From: an uncultured Verrucomicrobiae bacterium
Lineage (GTDB): Bacteria > Verrucomicrobiota > Verrucomicrobiia > Chthoniobacterales > UBA10450
Assembly (NCBI GenBank): GCA_963757675.1
Contig: CAVWTH010000011.1
Span: forward strand, 69,682 to 133,681
DNA length: 64,000 nt
Direction of reading: 5' to 3'
The notes beneath the pieces were generated by a model. The model searched no databases. It had not been told where the DNA came from and saw only the letters and a program-made list of their open reading frames with translations. Positions 51,192-60,968 of this stretch are shown in pieces. A program made the position numbers and the translations under genes. Position 1 is the stretch's first letter. Each line of letters starts with the position of its first letter.

Positions 51192-53628
51192 TTAATTCAT
51201 GTCTTTGCCTGCAGGAAGATCCGGCGGCGGTAAGTTTATCTGTTTGCCCGTGTCCACTTTGGGGCAGTCTGGACACTCGGCCTGATCGAGTTCAGGACCA
51301 AAATGTGTATGGGTGTTCTCCCATTTCTGCCGCAGTCGATATTGATCCAGCTTCGTCAAGGTCACTTCTGGACACATGAGAATGATTAATTCGCGACGCT
51401 GTTTGCCACTCGCTGTGGAACGGAACGCCGCGCCAATGAGGGGAATGCGCGAGAGATAAGGAAAACCTTGATAGTTTTTCTGCTTTTGGTCTTCAATTAG
51501 TCCACCTAGGACGATCGTCGATCCGTTCGCTGCGGAAACATTCGTGCGTATGTAACGCGTGTCGATTGTTGGGACCTGGTTGCCGCTGATGTTTACGTCG
51601 CCCCCCGGGACAATGCTGTCGATCTTTTGCAAGATATCGAGCGACACTTCCTTCTCGGAATTAATGAGCGGAACAACCTCAAGTTGCAACACCACCTTCT
51701 TGTACTCGATGCTCGCCGAAACGGCAGCTGTGTTATTTATAACCCCTCCAACATTCGCATTTGTAAGGGTGCTTACCGGAACTGGAACCTCCTGCCCGGA
51801 CGCGATGATAGCTTTTTTGTTGTTGCTGGTGAAAACGGTGGGTCGAGAAATAACTCTGAATCGATTCGTCGCCTCCAGCAGATGCACAATAGCCGCAAAA
51901 GCGTTGCCGGCTGCGACATAAATATTCGTTCCATTGCCTACGTTTTGGATGATTTGGCTGAAATTGATCAGATTGGCCGGATCAGAACATTGCCGACAAT
52001 CGGTGGCACGCTGCTGCCGGGGGATACGGAGGACACCAGGGATCGGAATACCCGGGTTATTGTTCCCAAAGACACTATTATTGCGCGAGGTGCCCACGAA
52101 CCTTCTGTTGTACTTTGCGAACCAATCGACGCCAAATTCCTCATTGTTGCTAAGTGTCAACTGGCCAATCACTGTGCTCAACGACACTTGCGGCGCCTTG
52201 ACATCCATTTCGTCCAGAATCTTTTGCACCTTCATCACCACCTCGCGATTGCCAAGGATAATGATCGAGTTTGCGCGCTGATCGGCGATCAGTTTCGAGT
52301 TCCCGATCGTGACTGCCTTTGGCACGGTGTCCACCGGCTGAGTGGAAAGTTCTTCCGAAATATTAAGTGAGCTCCCTGTGCCGCTTTGGCTGCCGCCGTA
52401 GTTGCTCGTCAGTGGCGAATTACCCGTCCCCTGCCGCTGTTGCCCTTGACCTTGCCCGGGCGATGGGCCAACGCCCGGAAGTCCTCCCTGTCCTCCAGCG
52501 CCGGCGCCTTGTTCTGTTCCCGGCTCGGTCAATGCCTGCACAAGGACCGGCAGAATGTCGCCGGCGGAAACGTATTGCAAATAGCGGGTGACCGGCTTTC
52601 CAAACTCGACGTTGGCATCAAATTCGTGGATCAATTGCCGAATGAAAGGCATGTTGATCGGCCGCGTCACCACATGAATGCGGTTGGTGCGGATGTCAGG
52701 TGTTAGCTTAATCTTCCCCACGATCACTGCTTCTTCGGAAAGGATACCGCCGCCGCCTGTGTCCACCGGGACTGGTTGCGGCACACCTCCGGGGATCTTT
52801 ACCCCCGCGAACACCCGGCTGGCCCGTGGTTTCAGAGCCCTTTTCGAAAATCTCCTTCATCATATCGACCACTTTTGCGGCATCGGCGCGCTCGAGCTTG
52901 ATGAACTCGCTCACTACTTCCGCCGGCGCTACGTCGACCTGCTCAATCACACCGGCAAGTTGCCGGATTATATCAGCGTTCTGTGTGACAAGGAGACTGG
53001 ATGATTTAGGCAGGGCCAAAATGTTGATCGTTCCCAGAGCTGCCTTGGAAATACGCCATCAAAACCTGCTGAAGTTCCTGCGGGTCCGCGTACTGCAACC
53101 GGAACAAGAAGCTAATGACAGGATTACCTGACGGAATATCCGCCAGATCGGAGATGATGGGAACAGGCGCCTTGCGCGGATTCTGCCCAGCGCCGACTAC
53201 ATCGATAATGTCGCGACCAGCGGGAACGAGTGAAATCCCGTTTAGGGCCATGCTTATCTCGATGATCTTGATCGCCTCTTCGCGCGACACGTCTTTGGCG
53301 ATGAAAATGTTTACCTTGCCCTGCACAAAATTATCCATCACCAGCTTTTTGCCGGTGAGCTGCTCGTAGAGATGCAGCACATCGACTACATCGCTGTTGG
53401 GAAATTGCAGCCGGACAGTGGCCGGCGCGTTCGGTGGAGCGGCAGGCGAATCCTCCGTCTGCCTGCGGTTTGACTGCCTTGACCGCTGGCACGCTGGGGG
53501 GCGCCGCGATTCGCTCTGAGCGGAACTGCCGTCGCGCTGGCAATCACGAGCGTGGCGATACAGAAAAGCCGGTCCACAGTCTTACTTTGCTGGATGGGCG
53601 ACCGTAGTAGATTTATGAAACCCGTCAA
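51192..53628 (-). pseudogene. GspD/PilQ-family secretin with at least 4 apparent frame changes in the N-terminal third
   Basis: The C-terminal 540 aa (51192..52814) carries the secretin core (..VISRPTVFTSNNKKAIIASGQEVPV..IEYKKVVLQLEVVP..TIVLGGLI..FPYLSRIPLIGAAF..RELIILM.P). N-domains are split over 52708..53019, 53006..53380, 53331..53543 and 53386..53628. The start is TTG 53628 or GTG 53577. Confidence 0.82.
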
Positions 53629-53662
53629 TGTATTTCCCTTACCTGGAACTGTCCTTCAGTGC

Positions 53663-54202
53663 ATGGGCCGGAGGCGGCAGAGGGGCCTAGTTTATAGGAG
53701 ATCGCTACCGTTGCAAACTATACTCGCGCTTGCCAGAAACAAAGGATTCGCCCACGCAATCGCCATTAGTTGTTGTATTCTGACCGCGGCCTCTGTTGGC
53801 GCCGCGGCGCAAAGCCCACCGAATGCAGTCGCGGAGATTCAATCTGTGCTTCGCGCACAGCAGGACGCGTGGAACCGCGGCGACATCGACGAATTCATGA
53901 ACGGGTACGCGCGATCGGCTGCGACTGTTTTTGTTTCAGATGACCAGGTCACGCGCGGTTGGGAAACCGTCCGCGAGCGGTACCGCCGAAAATATTCTGA
54001 CCGGACAAAGATGGGAACACTCGCGTTCTCTGATATTGAGGTCACGGTGCTCTCTCCTGACGCGGCAGTTGTGCTCGGTCGTTGGGCCTTGAAGCGAGCA
54101 ACTGACGAGCCACATGGCCGATTCACGCTTATTTTGAAGCGCCTGCCTGAAGGCTGGCGGATCGTTCACGATCACACGTCGGCGGCTCCGCCGACCGGGT
54201 AA
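53663..54202 (+). CDS. SnoaL-like / DUF4440 (NTF2-fold) protein
   Basis: IQSVLRAQQDAWNRGDIDEFMNGY....VFVS...V.RGWE.V...Y....S......LAFSDIEV.VL..D.AVVLGRW.L......HGRFTLILKR...GWRIVHDHTS. The start is uncertain (ORF opens at 53552). Confidence 0.7.
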   Translation: MGRRRQRGLVYRRSLPLQTILALARNKGFAHAIAISCCILTAASVGAAAQSPPNAVAEIQSVLRAQQDAWNRGDIDEFMNGYARSAATVFVSDDQVTRGWETVRERYRRKYSDRTKMGTLAFSDIEVTVLSPDAAVVLGRWALKRATDEPHGRFTLILKRLPEGWRIVHDHTSAAPPTG

Positions 54203-54257
54203 TTGGCTACCTGAGTTACGTCGTTAAATGGAATCGGCTTGTAACAACGGCACCTTT

Positions 54258-55650
54258 TTAGCTTTTTAACCTCATGAGAAGCTTCTCATGAATATTGTCG
54301 AACCCACCGTTGCTGAAAACCACGACCACGTCTTTTGGCCGTAGCATCGGAACGATTCGATCTACGATCGCATTGGGATCGTGCTCGTAAAATGCAGGCC
54401 GGCCGGATCGTGTGATAGCCGCAACGACCCGCTCCGGGTTCAGTCGCTGATCTTCAGGGATCTGTTCGAGGCGGGCCACTTGCGAGATGAAAACGCCGTC
54501 GGCCAGTTTCAACGCTTCAGGGAGTTGTTGTTGAAACACCGCGCGCCGGGTCGTATTCGAGCGCGGCTCGAACACGGCCCATAGCCGCTGGCCGCGATAA
54601 CGATGGCGCAGTGCCTGCAACGTGGACGCAATCGCGGTGGGATGATGGCCAAAATCGTCAATCACCTTTACTCCGCGCGGCTTCGCCCCGAAGCTCCTGG
54701 CGGCGGGCAATACCAGAAAAACTCTTGAATGCGCTGGCTATTTTCGCTGTAGGCACACCATAAAAACGCGCCGCCGTCGCTGCCATCGCCGCATTGTGAA
54801 CGTTGAATTCGCCAACGAGCGGAATTTCGAAAACGTCGTCGCCCAGTTTGAATCGTGATCCCCGGGACGAATAGGTGACGTCCCTGATCCGTTGAGCGCA
54901 GTTTTTCGAAAAACCGACCTCGACCATCTGCGCCAGGCAATCTTTGGCGACCTCGACGGAATTAGGATCGTCGCCGTTGACCACGACCATGCCGTTCTGA
55001 GGAACGATATTGAGTAGCCGGCGAAAGCTGAGCTTGATCTCGTCGAGATTGTTGAAGATGTCCGCGTGATCGAATTCGATGTTGTTTATGATCACCAACT
55101 CCGGAAGGTAGTGAACGAACTTGGAGCGTTTGTCGAAAAACGCCGTGTCGTATTCGTCGCCCTCAATCACGAAATATTTGGAGTCGTTCAGTCGCGCGCC
55201 TTCGCCAAAGTTTTTTGGAATGCCGCCAATCATGTAACCAGGTTTGCGTCCGGCTTTCTCCAGGATCCAGGAAAGCAACGCTGTCGTGGTCGTTTTACCG
55301 TGGGTACCGGTGACCACCAGATTGTGGCGGCCGCGCAAGAAAAAATTCCGCAGGACCTCTGGCAACGACAAGTAAAGGAGTTTTCGATTCAGAACGGCTT
55401 CCACTTCCGGGTTACCGCGTCTCATGGCATTTCCTATCACGACGACGTCTGCATCTGACGGGATGTTCGCTGCACAATAGCCTTCCATGGGCGCGATCCC
55501 CTTTTCCTGGAGAAAGCTCGACATCGGCGGATAAACGTTTTCGTCTGACCCGGTCACTTTAAAGCCGCGCTCCTGCAGCGCGACCGCCACCGCGCCCATT
55601 GCCGTCCCGCAAATTCCGAGGAAATGAAAACTTTTGGGCGCTTCTTTCAC
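54258..55650 (-). pseudogene. mpl: UDP-N-acetylmuramate:L-alanyl-gamma-D-glutamyl-meso-diaminopimelate ligase with one apparent frame change
   Basis: HFLGICGTAMGAVAVALQERGFKVTGSDENVYPPMSSFL..VTGTHGKTTTT..EGDEYDTAFFDKRSKF.. ends ..ARRQELRGEA (ORF 54658..55650) and continues RGVKVIDDFGHHPTAI.. in ORF 54258..54710. The break is near 54678. Confidence 0.85.
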
Positions 55651-55767
55651 CGCGCATTCTCTACGCTGCCCGCGCAGAAAAGAAAACCACGGATTACACC
55701 GATTTCACGGATGGCCGACCGGACAGGGTCAGAACACAATCCGTTTCATCCGCGCGATCGCGGTTGA

Positions 55768-57891
55768 TTACTTTTTCTGAAAGATCTCCAGCGCTTCCCA
55801 CGCTTCGTCCGGCGGAGCGTGTTCGTACTCGAGCGCGCGCTGGAGGTACATCTTCGCCAGCAGATCGTCGGGATAAAATTCCAGGAAACGTGAAAAGAGG
55901 ATCTTCGCGTCAGCAAAATCGCGGGCTCGAAATTTTTCCAGCGCCTCTTCGTACGTTTCCAGCCATTTCAAAAACTCCGAATTTATGTCTTCGCCCCGGG
56001 CACCGACAAAAGTAAAAACGTCCACTGGTTTGGTTTTGCCTTTCACCTGCACACGAGCCACCGAGCGTAGATAAACTTCATCGCGCACGGGTACGGCAAC
56101 CGATTCGCCCACCAGCATGTCCACGCCATAAGTTCGGGTAAGAGCTTCCAACCGCGATGCCAGATTCACAGCATCGCCTATGACTGTGGGATCCATTCGG
56201 TCCTGTGAACCAATGTTGCCGACGATTACTTCGCCGTGATTCACGCCGATACCCATGCCCAATCCCATCTGCCCTTGCTCGCGCCAGTTTTGATTCAGTT
56301 TGCTCAGCTCCCGGCGCATCCCCAACGCCGCGAGCGCACAATTTTTCGCATCCTGCGCAGTGCCGAGACTGCGCACGTTGCCCCACACGGCCATGATCGC
56401 GTCGCCGATAAATTTGTCGAGTGTTCCGCCATTGCTGAAAATGACGGAAGTCATGGCCGAGAGATACTCATTGAGCTGCGTGACCAAGGCTTCCGGGTTG
56501 GCTTTCTCGGCCAGCGTGGTGAAACCAACCAAATCCGAAAACAGAATCGTCACAGGCACGCGGACACCACGAAGCGTGCTGTAGTAGCTGTCCGGGTTTT
56601 CCAGAATTTCCTTGACCAGATTTTTCGAAACGTAGCGTTCCAGCGTGCGCCGGGTGCGCAACTTCTCCAAGCGCTCGAGGAAGTATTCGAACCCGAGCGA
56701 AAATGACCCGCTGAGGAGGAATGCCGAAAGCACTGGAACCGTGAGCAGCAGCAGTCCCGTGTGATCGTAAAGCAATCGCGCCGTTCCAAGGTAACCCACC
56801 GTAATCGCCACGAGTCCGCCGAGACAAACCAACGGTTTGCGTACAAACGCGACCAATAACCAGGCGACAAGACCTGCCGCGCACACGAGCGCCAGGCCAG
56901 TTTTCTGCGGCGTTGGCCGCAAAAACTCGTGCCCGAGCGCGGCAGCCATCGCCTCGAAATGCATCGTGGGGCCCGGCGTATTGGGGCTCATTGGAGTATC
57001 GACGAAATCATGCAGCACCTGGGCAGAAGGCCCGACCATTACGATCTTGTCTTTGAAAAAAGCGCCATCGCCGTAATTCGCGTGCCAAAGCTTTGGATCA
57101 AAGATCTCGTACAGGGGGCGCGGCTCGAATGCGTCCGGTGCGGTGAACCGGATCATGTGGCCGCGAAAATCACCAGGTACATCGTTCGCATGACCGATCT
57201 TCTCCAGGGCGCGTGCAGAGAGAGAATCGTAAATTTTTTCGCCCGGGTCCGGCGGTGAACCGGCCAGTTCCCGATCAGTCACCGTATAGGTTGCAGCGCG
57301 AGTTTTTCCGTCAATCGCATCCGGCCAGAAATTGACATAACCCACGCGGTCATCCTCCAATTGAGGCGGCGGAATCAACGCGGCGTTTGGTGTAATCCGT
57401 TGCACTGACAGATGGCCCTGCGCGTCGTATCCGAAATCAAAATTCGCGCTGACGACAACTTTGTCGCGATAACGATCCAGCGCCGCATGAAATGCCGGGT
57501 CGCCCTCGTTAGGCGGATTGAAAAGCAAATCAAACATCACGACACGCGCGCCTGCCGCAAACAGCTTATCGAGTAAGAGCGCCCAGACTTCGCGCGACCA
57601 TGGGAACGGCTTCTCGGTCATGAACTGAAGCGCTCGATTGCCTGCGAGTTCTTCAGTGCTCAACGGCGGCAACTGCAACGTGCTCTGATCAATTCCCAGG
57701 AAGACGAAATCGTGCGGCGGCGTAGTCTTGCGACCCTCCTTCCGAAGCAAATCTTCAAAGCTCTGTTCCCCACGCCACGGTACCGAGACAAACGGCGCAG
57801 TTGGGAAAAAATGCCCGACAAAGATCAGACCAGTCCAAAACAGGCAGATCAACGCCAGCACCAACAACCGCGCTCGGCTGAACCACTGCAT
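55768..57891 (-). CDS. CHASE2-sensor class III adenylate/guanylate cyclase with a C-terminal TPR-like tail
   Basis: FVFLGIDQSTL..FPWSREVWALLLDKLFAAGARVVMFDLLF (CHASE2), then TM helices, then VTILFSDLVGFTTLAE..GGTLDKFIGDAIMAVWG..GMGIGVNHGEVIVGNIGS..RMDPTVIGDAVNLASRLE. Confidence 0.88.
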   Translation of the reverse strand: MQWFSRARLLVLALICLFWTGLIFVGHFFPTAPFVSVPWRGEQSFEDLLRKEGRKTTPPHDFVFLGIDQSTLQLPPLSTEELAGNRALQFMTEKPFPWSREVWALLLDKLFAAGARVVMFDLLFNPPNEGDPAFHAALDRYRDKVVVSANFDFGYDAQGHLSVQRITPNAALIPPPQLEDDRVGYVNFWPDAIDGKTRAATYTVTDRELAGSPPDPGEKIYDSLSARALEKIGHANDVPGDFRGHMIRFTAPDAFEPRPLYEIFDPKLWHANYGDGAFFKDKIVMVGPSAQVLHDFVDTPMSPNTPGPTMHFEAMAAALGHEFLRPTPQKTGLALVCAAGLVAWLLVAFVRKPLVCLGGLVAITVGYLGTARLLYDHTGLLLLTVPVLSAFLLSGSFSLGFEYFLERLEKLRTRRTLERYVSKNLVKEILENPDSYYSTLRGVRVPVTILFSDLVGFTTLAEKANPEALVTQLNEYLSAMTSVIFSNGGTLDKFIGDAIMAVWGNVRSLGTAQDAKNCALAALGMRRELSKLNQNWREQGQMGLGMGIGVNHGEVIVGNIGSQDRMDPTVIGDAVNLASRLEALTRTYGVDMLVGESVAVPVRDEVYLRSVARVQVKGKTKPVDVFTFVGARGEDINSEFLKWLETYEEALEKFRARDFADAKILFSRFLEFYPDDLLAKMYLQRALEYEHAPPDEAWEALEIFQKK

Positions 57892-57974
57892 GCGCGATTA
57901 TACCAAAACGGCAGCGATTAGCAGGAGATTAGTAGTAAGTGACAAATGAGAGGTCGCGCCCGGATTTTTCTTTT

Positions 57975-58000
57975 CACTTCTCACTAATCACTTCTCACTA
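57975..58000 (+). repeat. 12-mer direct repeat CACTTCTCACTA x2 in a divergent promoter region
   Basis: Copies at 57975-57986 and 57989-58000. A partial inverted copy (AGTAGTAAGTGA) is at 57931-57942. Confidence 0.7.
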
Positions 58001-58011
58001 CTTCGATCAAC

Positions 58012-59147
58012 ATGCCTGATGGCTCCGAGCTTCTCTGCCCGCGATGTAACGTGCCACTGAAAGAAGTGCGCACTTCGGGCGGCGTTTTTTACGCGTGCAA
58101 TCGCTGCGGCGGTCGCGCGGTAACTATCGAACTGCTGCGCAAACGCTTCACGCCCGAGTCAATCAATCCGCTGTGGCTGCATGCAGTGCAGGGCCAGGGA
58201 CGAATCGGCCCGCCGTGTCCATCGTGCCGGCAGCCCACGATCGACGTTGTTTTGTCCGATCAGGCGCAGATCGACGTAGACGTTTGTTCGCACTGTCATT
58301 TCGTCTGGTTCGATGCGCATGAAGTAGAGACGCTTGTTCCTCGCCAGCCGGCCGCGCCGCTCCAGAACTCCCGCAAAAAGCGCGCGAGCTGCTCGCGATT
58401 CGCGAAGTAGAGCGCTTGTCAAAACAGGCCGAGGGCTCGGATTTAGACAGCGTCGCACCCGAGGAAGCGTGGAAACAGATCGCCGCATTCGCTGGGTTAC
58501 CAGTCGAATTTGACGCGCCGGAAGAGCCGCGGAAACCGTGGACAACATGGCTGCTTTCGGCTGCCATTGTTTGCGCGAGTCTCCTGGCTTTTCCACATCT
58601 CCGCGAAGTCGTTCAACGTTTCGGATTGATTCCAGCCCAGGCGACGCGGCTCGATGGTCTTACGTTCGTAACCTCGTTCTTCCTTCATGCAGGAATCATT
58701 CATCTGGCAGGTAATATGTATTTTCTGCTGGCCTTTGGCCACGCCGTGGAAAACTTCCTGCGACCGCTGCGCTACCTGACGCTCATCGCACTGGCAGCAT
58801 TGATCGGTGACTTGGCGCATATCGCCCTCGACCCCAACTCGCAGACGCCAAGCATCGGCGCAAGCGGTGGCATTTCCGGGGTGATTGCGTTTTATGCGCT
58901 GAATTTTCCACGGATGCGACTCGCTTTTCTAATGCGCTGGGGATTTGTCTGGTTTCGCTGGATTCGATTGCAGGCCTGGTTCGCTTTCGTTCTCTGGGTT
59001 TTGTTCCAGTTCATCGGCACTCTCGAGCAGAAGGCAGGAATGAGCTCCGTCTCATCGGCTGCGCATTTAGGCGGAGCCGTGATGGGGGTTGTCGCATGGA
59101 TCGTTTGGCGAAGACCTAACAGCGAAACTCAAATGTCGAAGGAATGA
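58012..59147 (+). pseudogene. zinc-ribbon domain fused to a rhomboid intramembrane serine protease, split by one apparent 1-nt deletion
   Basis: ORF 58012..58410 carries CPRC..CNRC..CPSC..CSHC. The frame of ORF 58416..59147 extends upstream as ..PELPQKARELLAIREVERLSKQ.. and carries the rhomboid motifs HAGIIHLAGNM, GASGGISGV and AAHLGGAVMG. The break is near 58361. Confidence 0.75.
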
Positions 59148-59395
59148 CGAAATCCGAATCGACTGGATACCATGGCATGTTTCGATATGGCATGCTTCCT
59201 TCATTCCTTATTTGGGCTTCGGGATTTGTAAAATGCGTTTGTCATTTTGCGTTCAGCATTTACTTTCCGACCCGCGATCTTTCCGCCTGTCCCGCGTCTG
59301 TGGGATAAATCAGTGAGCGAGGCTGGAAAGATCGATAAGAGAACAACAGCTCGCTGAACGAGGAGCCCCGAAACCATTGCCGGGGCAAAACAAAC

Positions 59396-59783
59396 ATGCC
59401 AAGAGCTACAAATGCCCCGGCAAGTCGTGCGCGCCGGAAACGAATGCTGAAAAAGGCGAAGGGCTACCGCGGTCGCCGTTCCAAACTTTTTCGTTACGCC
59501 AAAGACGCCGTTATGAAGGCCAAGTATTGGGCGTATCGCGACCGCAAAACCCGCAAGCGCACATTTCGTTATCTTTGGATCCAACGTCTCAATGCTGCTG
59601 CCCGCGCAAACGGCATGACTTACAGTCGCCTGGCTGAAGGACTGAAAGCTGCCGGTATCTGCACTGGACCGCAAAATTCTCGCCGACCTCGCGGTCACCG
59701 ATGAAGCCGCATTCAAATCGATTGTTGATCTAGCGAAGAGCGCGCTGGAAGACAAAGCGAAATCGAAAAAGAAGGCGGCGTGA
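59396..59783 (+). pseudogene. rplT: 50S ribosomal protein L20 with one apparent +1 frame change
   Basis: [88 protein letters not shown], then the native [29 protein letters not shown] is in the next frame. The break is at about 59660. Confidence 0.9.
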
Positions 59784-59860
59784 TTCGTAAATCGAGATTG
59801 GTGAATCGAGATTCGATTTCCCGATTTAACGATGTAACGATTTAACGAATCACGAAATCC
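59782..59860. repeat. ATCG-rich dispersed repeat, copy B (rplT-pheS spacer)
   Basis: AATCGAGATT occurs twice. The 22-mer at 59830-59851 is identical to 23062-23083, with about three-quarters identity by eye over roughly 75 nt. Confidence 0.7.
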
Positions 59861-60875
59861 ATGCACCCGCTCGAACAACTGCGCGATGACGCACTGCGTG
59901 AAATTGAAGCCGCGCACGACCAAAAATCGCTCGAAGCGGTCCGGGTAAAATATCTCGGCAAAACCGGCAGCATCTCCGAATGGGGCGAGCGGATGAAAGC
60001 CCTCGCCAAAGACGAACGTCCGGTCGTCGGTAAGTTGCTCAACGAAGCGCGCAACGCCGTTACCGCGGCGCTCGACCAACGCGGAGAGAAAGTCCGCGTC
60101 GAAAAGGAATCGGACGCGCTTGCAACCATCGACATCTCCCTTCCGGGAACGCCCCACCAGATTGGTTCTCTGCATCCGCTTCATCAAATGCATGAGCGTG
60201 GAATTCAGATTTTTCGACGAATGGGGTTCGCCCTCGCTGAAGGCCCCGATGTGGAGACCGAGTGGTACTGTTTCGATGCTCTGAATACGCCGCCCGATCA
60301 CCCTGCACGCAACGAGCAAGACACGTTTTATTTGCCCGACGGACGGCTTCTGCGAACACACACGTCAACGGTGCAAATCCGCGCGATGGAATCTACGCCG
60401 CCTCCTCTGCGCGTGATTGCGTCAGGTGCGGCCTATCGGCGCGATGAACTCGACGCAACCCATAGCCCACAGTTTCATCAAATTGAGGGCCTTTACGTTG
60501 ATGAAAACGTGAGCGTCGCCGATTTGAAAGGCGAGCTCGACTTCTTCCTGCGGGAACTCTTTGGCGACGAAACCGAGGTGCAATTTCGTCCGCATTACTT
60601 TCCGTTTACCGAACCGAGTCTGGAAGTTTATGTCCGATCAAAAGCTCTGAAGGGCGGCGAACAGTGGATCGAGGTGTGCCGGTTGCGGCGTGGTGCATCC
60701 AGCCGTTTTCGAAGCGGTCAATAAAGCGCGCGGCGATGACGCTTACGATCCGGAAAAGTGGAGCGGCTATGCATTCGGCCTCGGCATGGATCGCCTGGCG
60801 ATGATTCTATTCGACATTCCCGACATCCGCCTGTTTGCGCAAAACGATTTGCGGTTTCTCCGCCAGTTCGCATGA
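59861..60875 (+). pseudogene. pheS: phenylalanine--tRNA ligase alpha subunit with one apparent +1 frame change
   Basis: ..HPLHQMHERGIQIFRRMGF..FDALN.PPDHPAR..DTFY..LLRTHTS.VQIR..YRRDE.DATHSPQFHQIEGL..FRPHYFPFTEPS.EV.. then ..EQWIEV / [28 protein letters not shown] continues in ORF 60690..60875. The break is at about 60677. Confidence 0.92.
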
Positions 60876-60884
60876 ACCCACTTT

Positions 60885-60955
60885 GTCATTCCGAGCGAAG
60901 TCGAGAAATCTCTGGATGTTGTTCTCGAGAGATGTCTCGCCTTCGCTTGGCATGA
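60885..60955. repeat. long imperfect palindrome of the GTCATTCCGAGCGAAG family in the pheS-pheT spacer
   Basis: GTCATTCCGAGCGAAGTCGAGAAATCTCT, an 11-13 nt loop, then GAGAGATGTCTCGCCTTCGCTTGGCATGA. A half-copy GTCATCCCAAGCGAAGGCGAGGGACC is at about 37919-37945. Confidence 0.75.
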
Positions 60956-60968
60956 GACTGAAACCAAA

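Noticed and set aside
59201-60361. 386-aa minus-strand ORF, the longest unexplained ORF in the track
   Set aside because: It lies entirely antisense to rplT, the rplT-pheS spacer and pheS. It has no recognisable motifs and its composition is typical of a GC-rich shadow frame.
43598-60875. Programmed ribosomal frameshifting or another recoding mechanism as an explanation for the frame breaks
   Set aside because: The sites share no slippery heptamer or common context and both polarities occur. Several breaks fall within a few dozen nucleotides of each other, and known recoding genes (prfB, dnaX) are not involved. Consensus indels or decay are simpler explanations.
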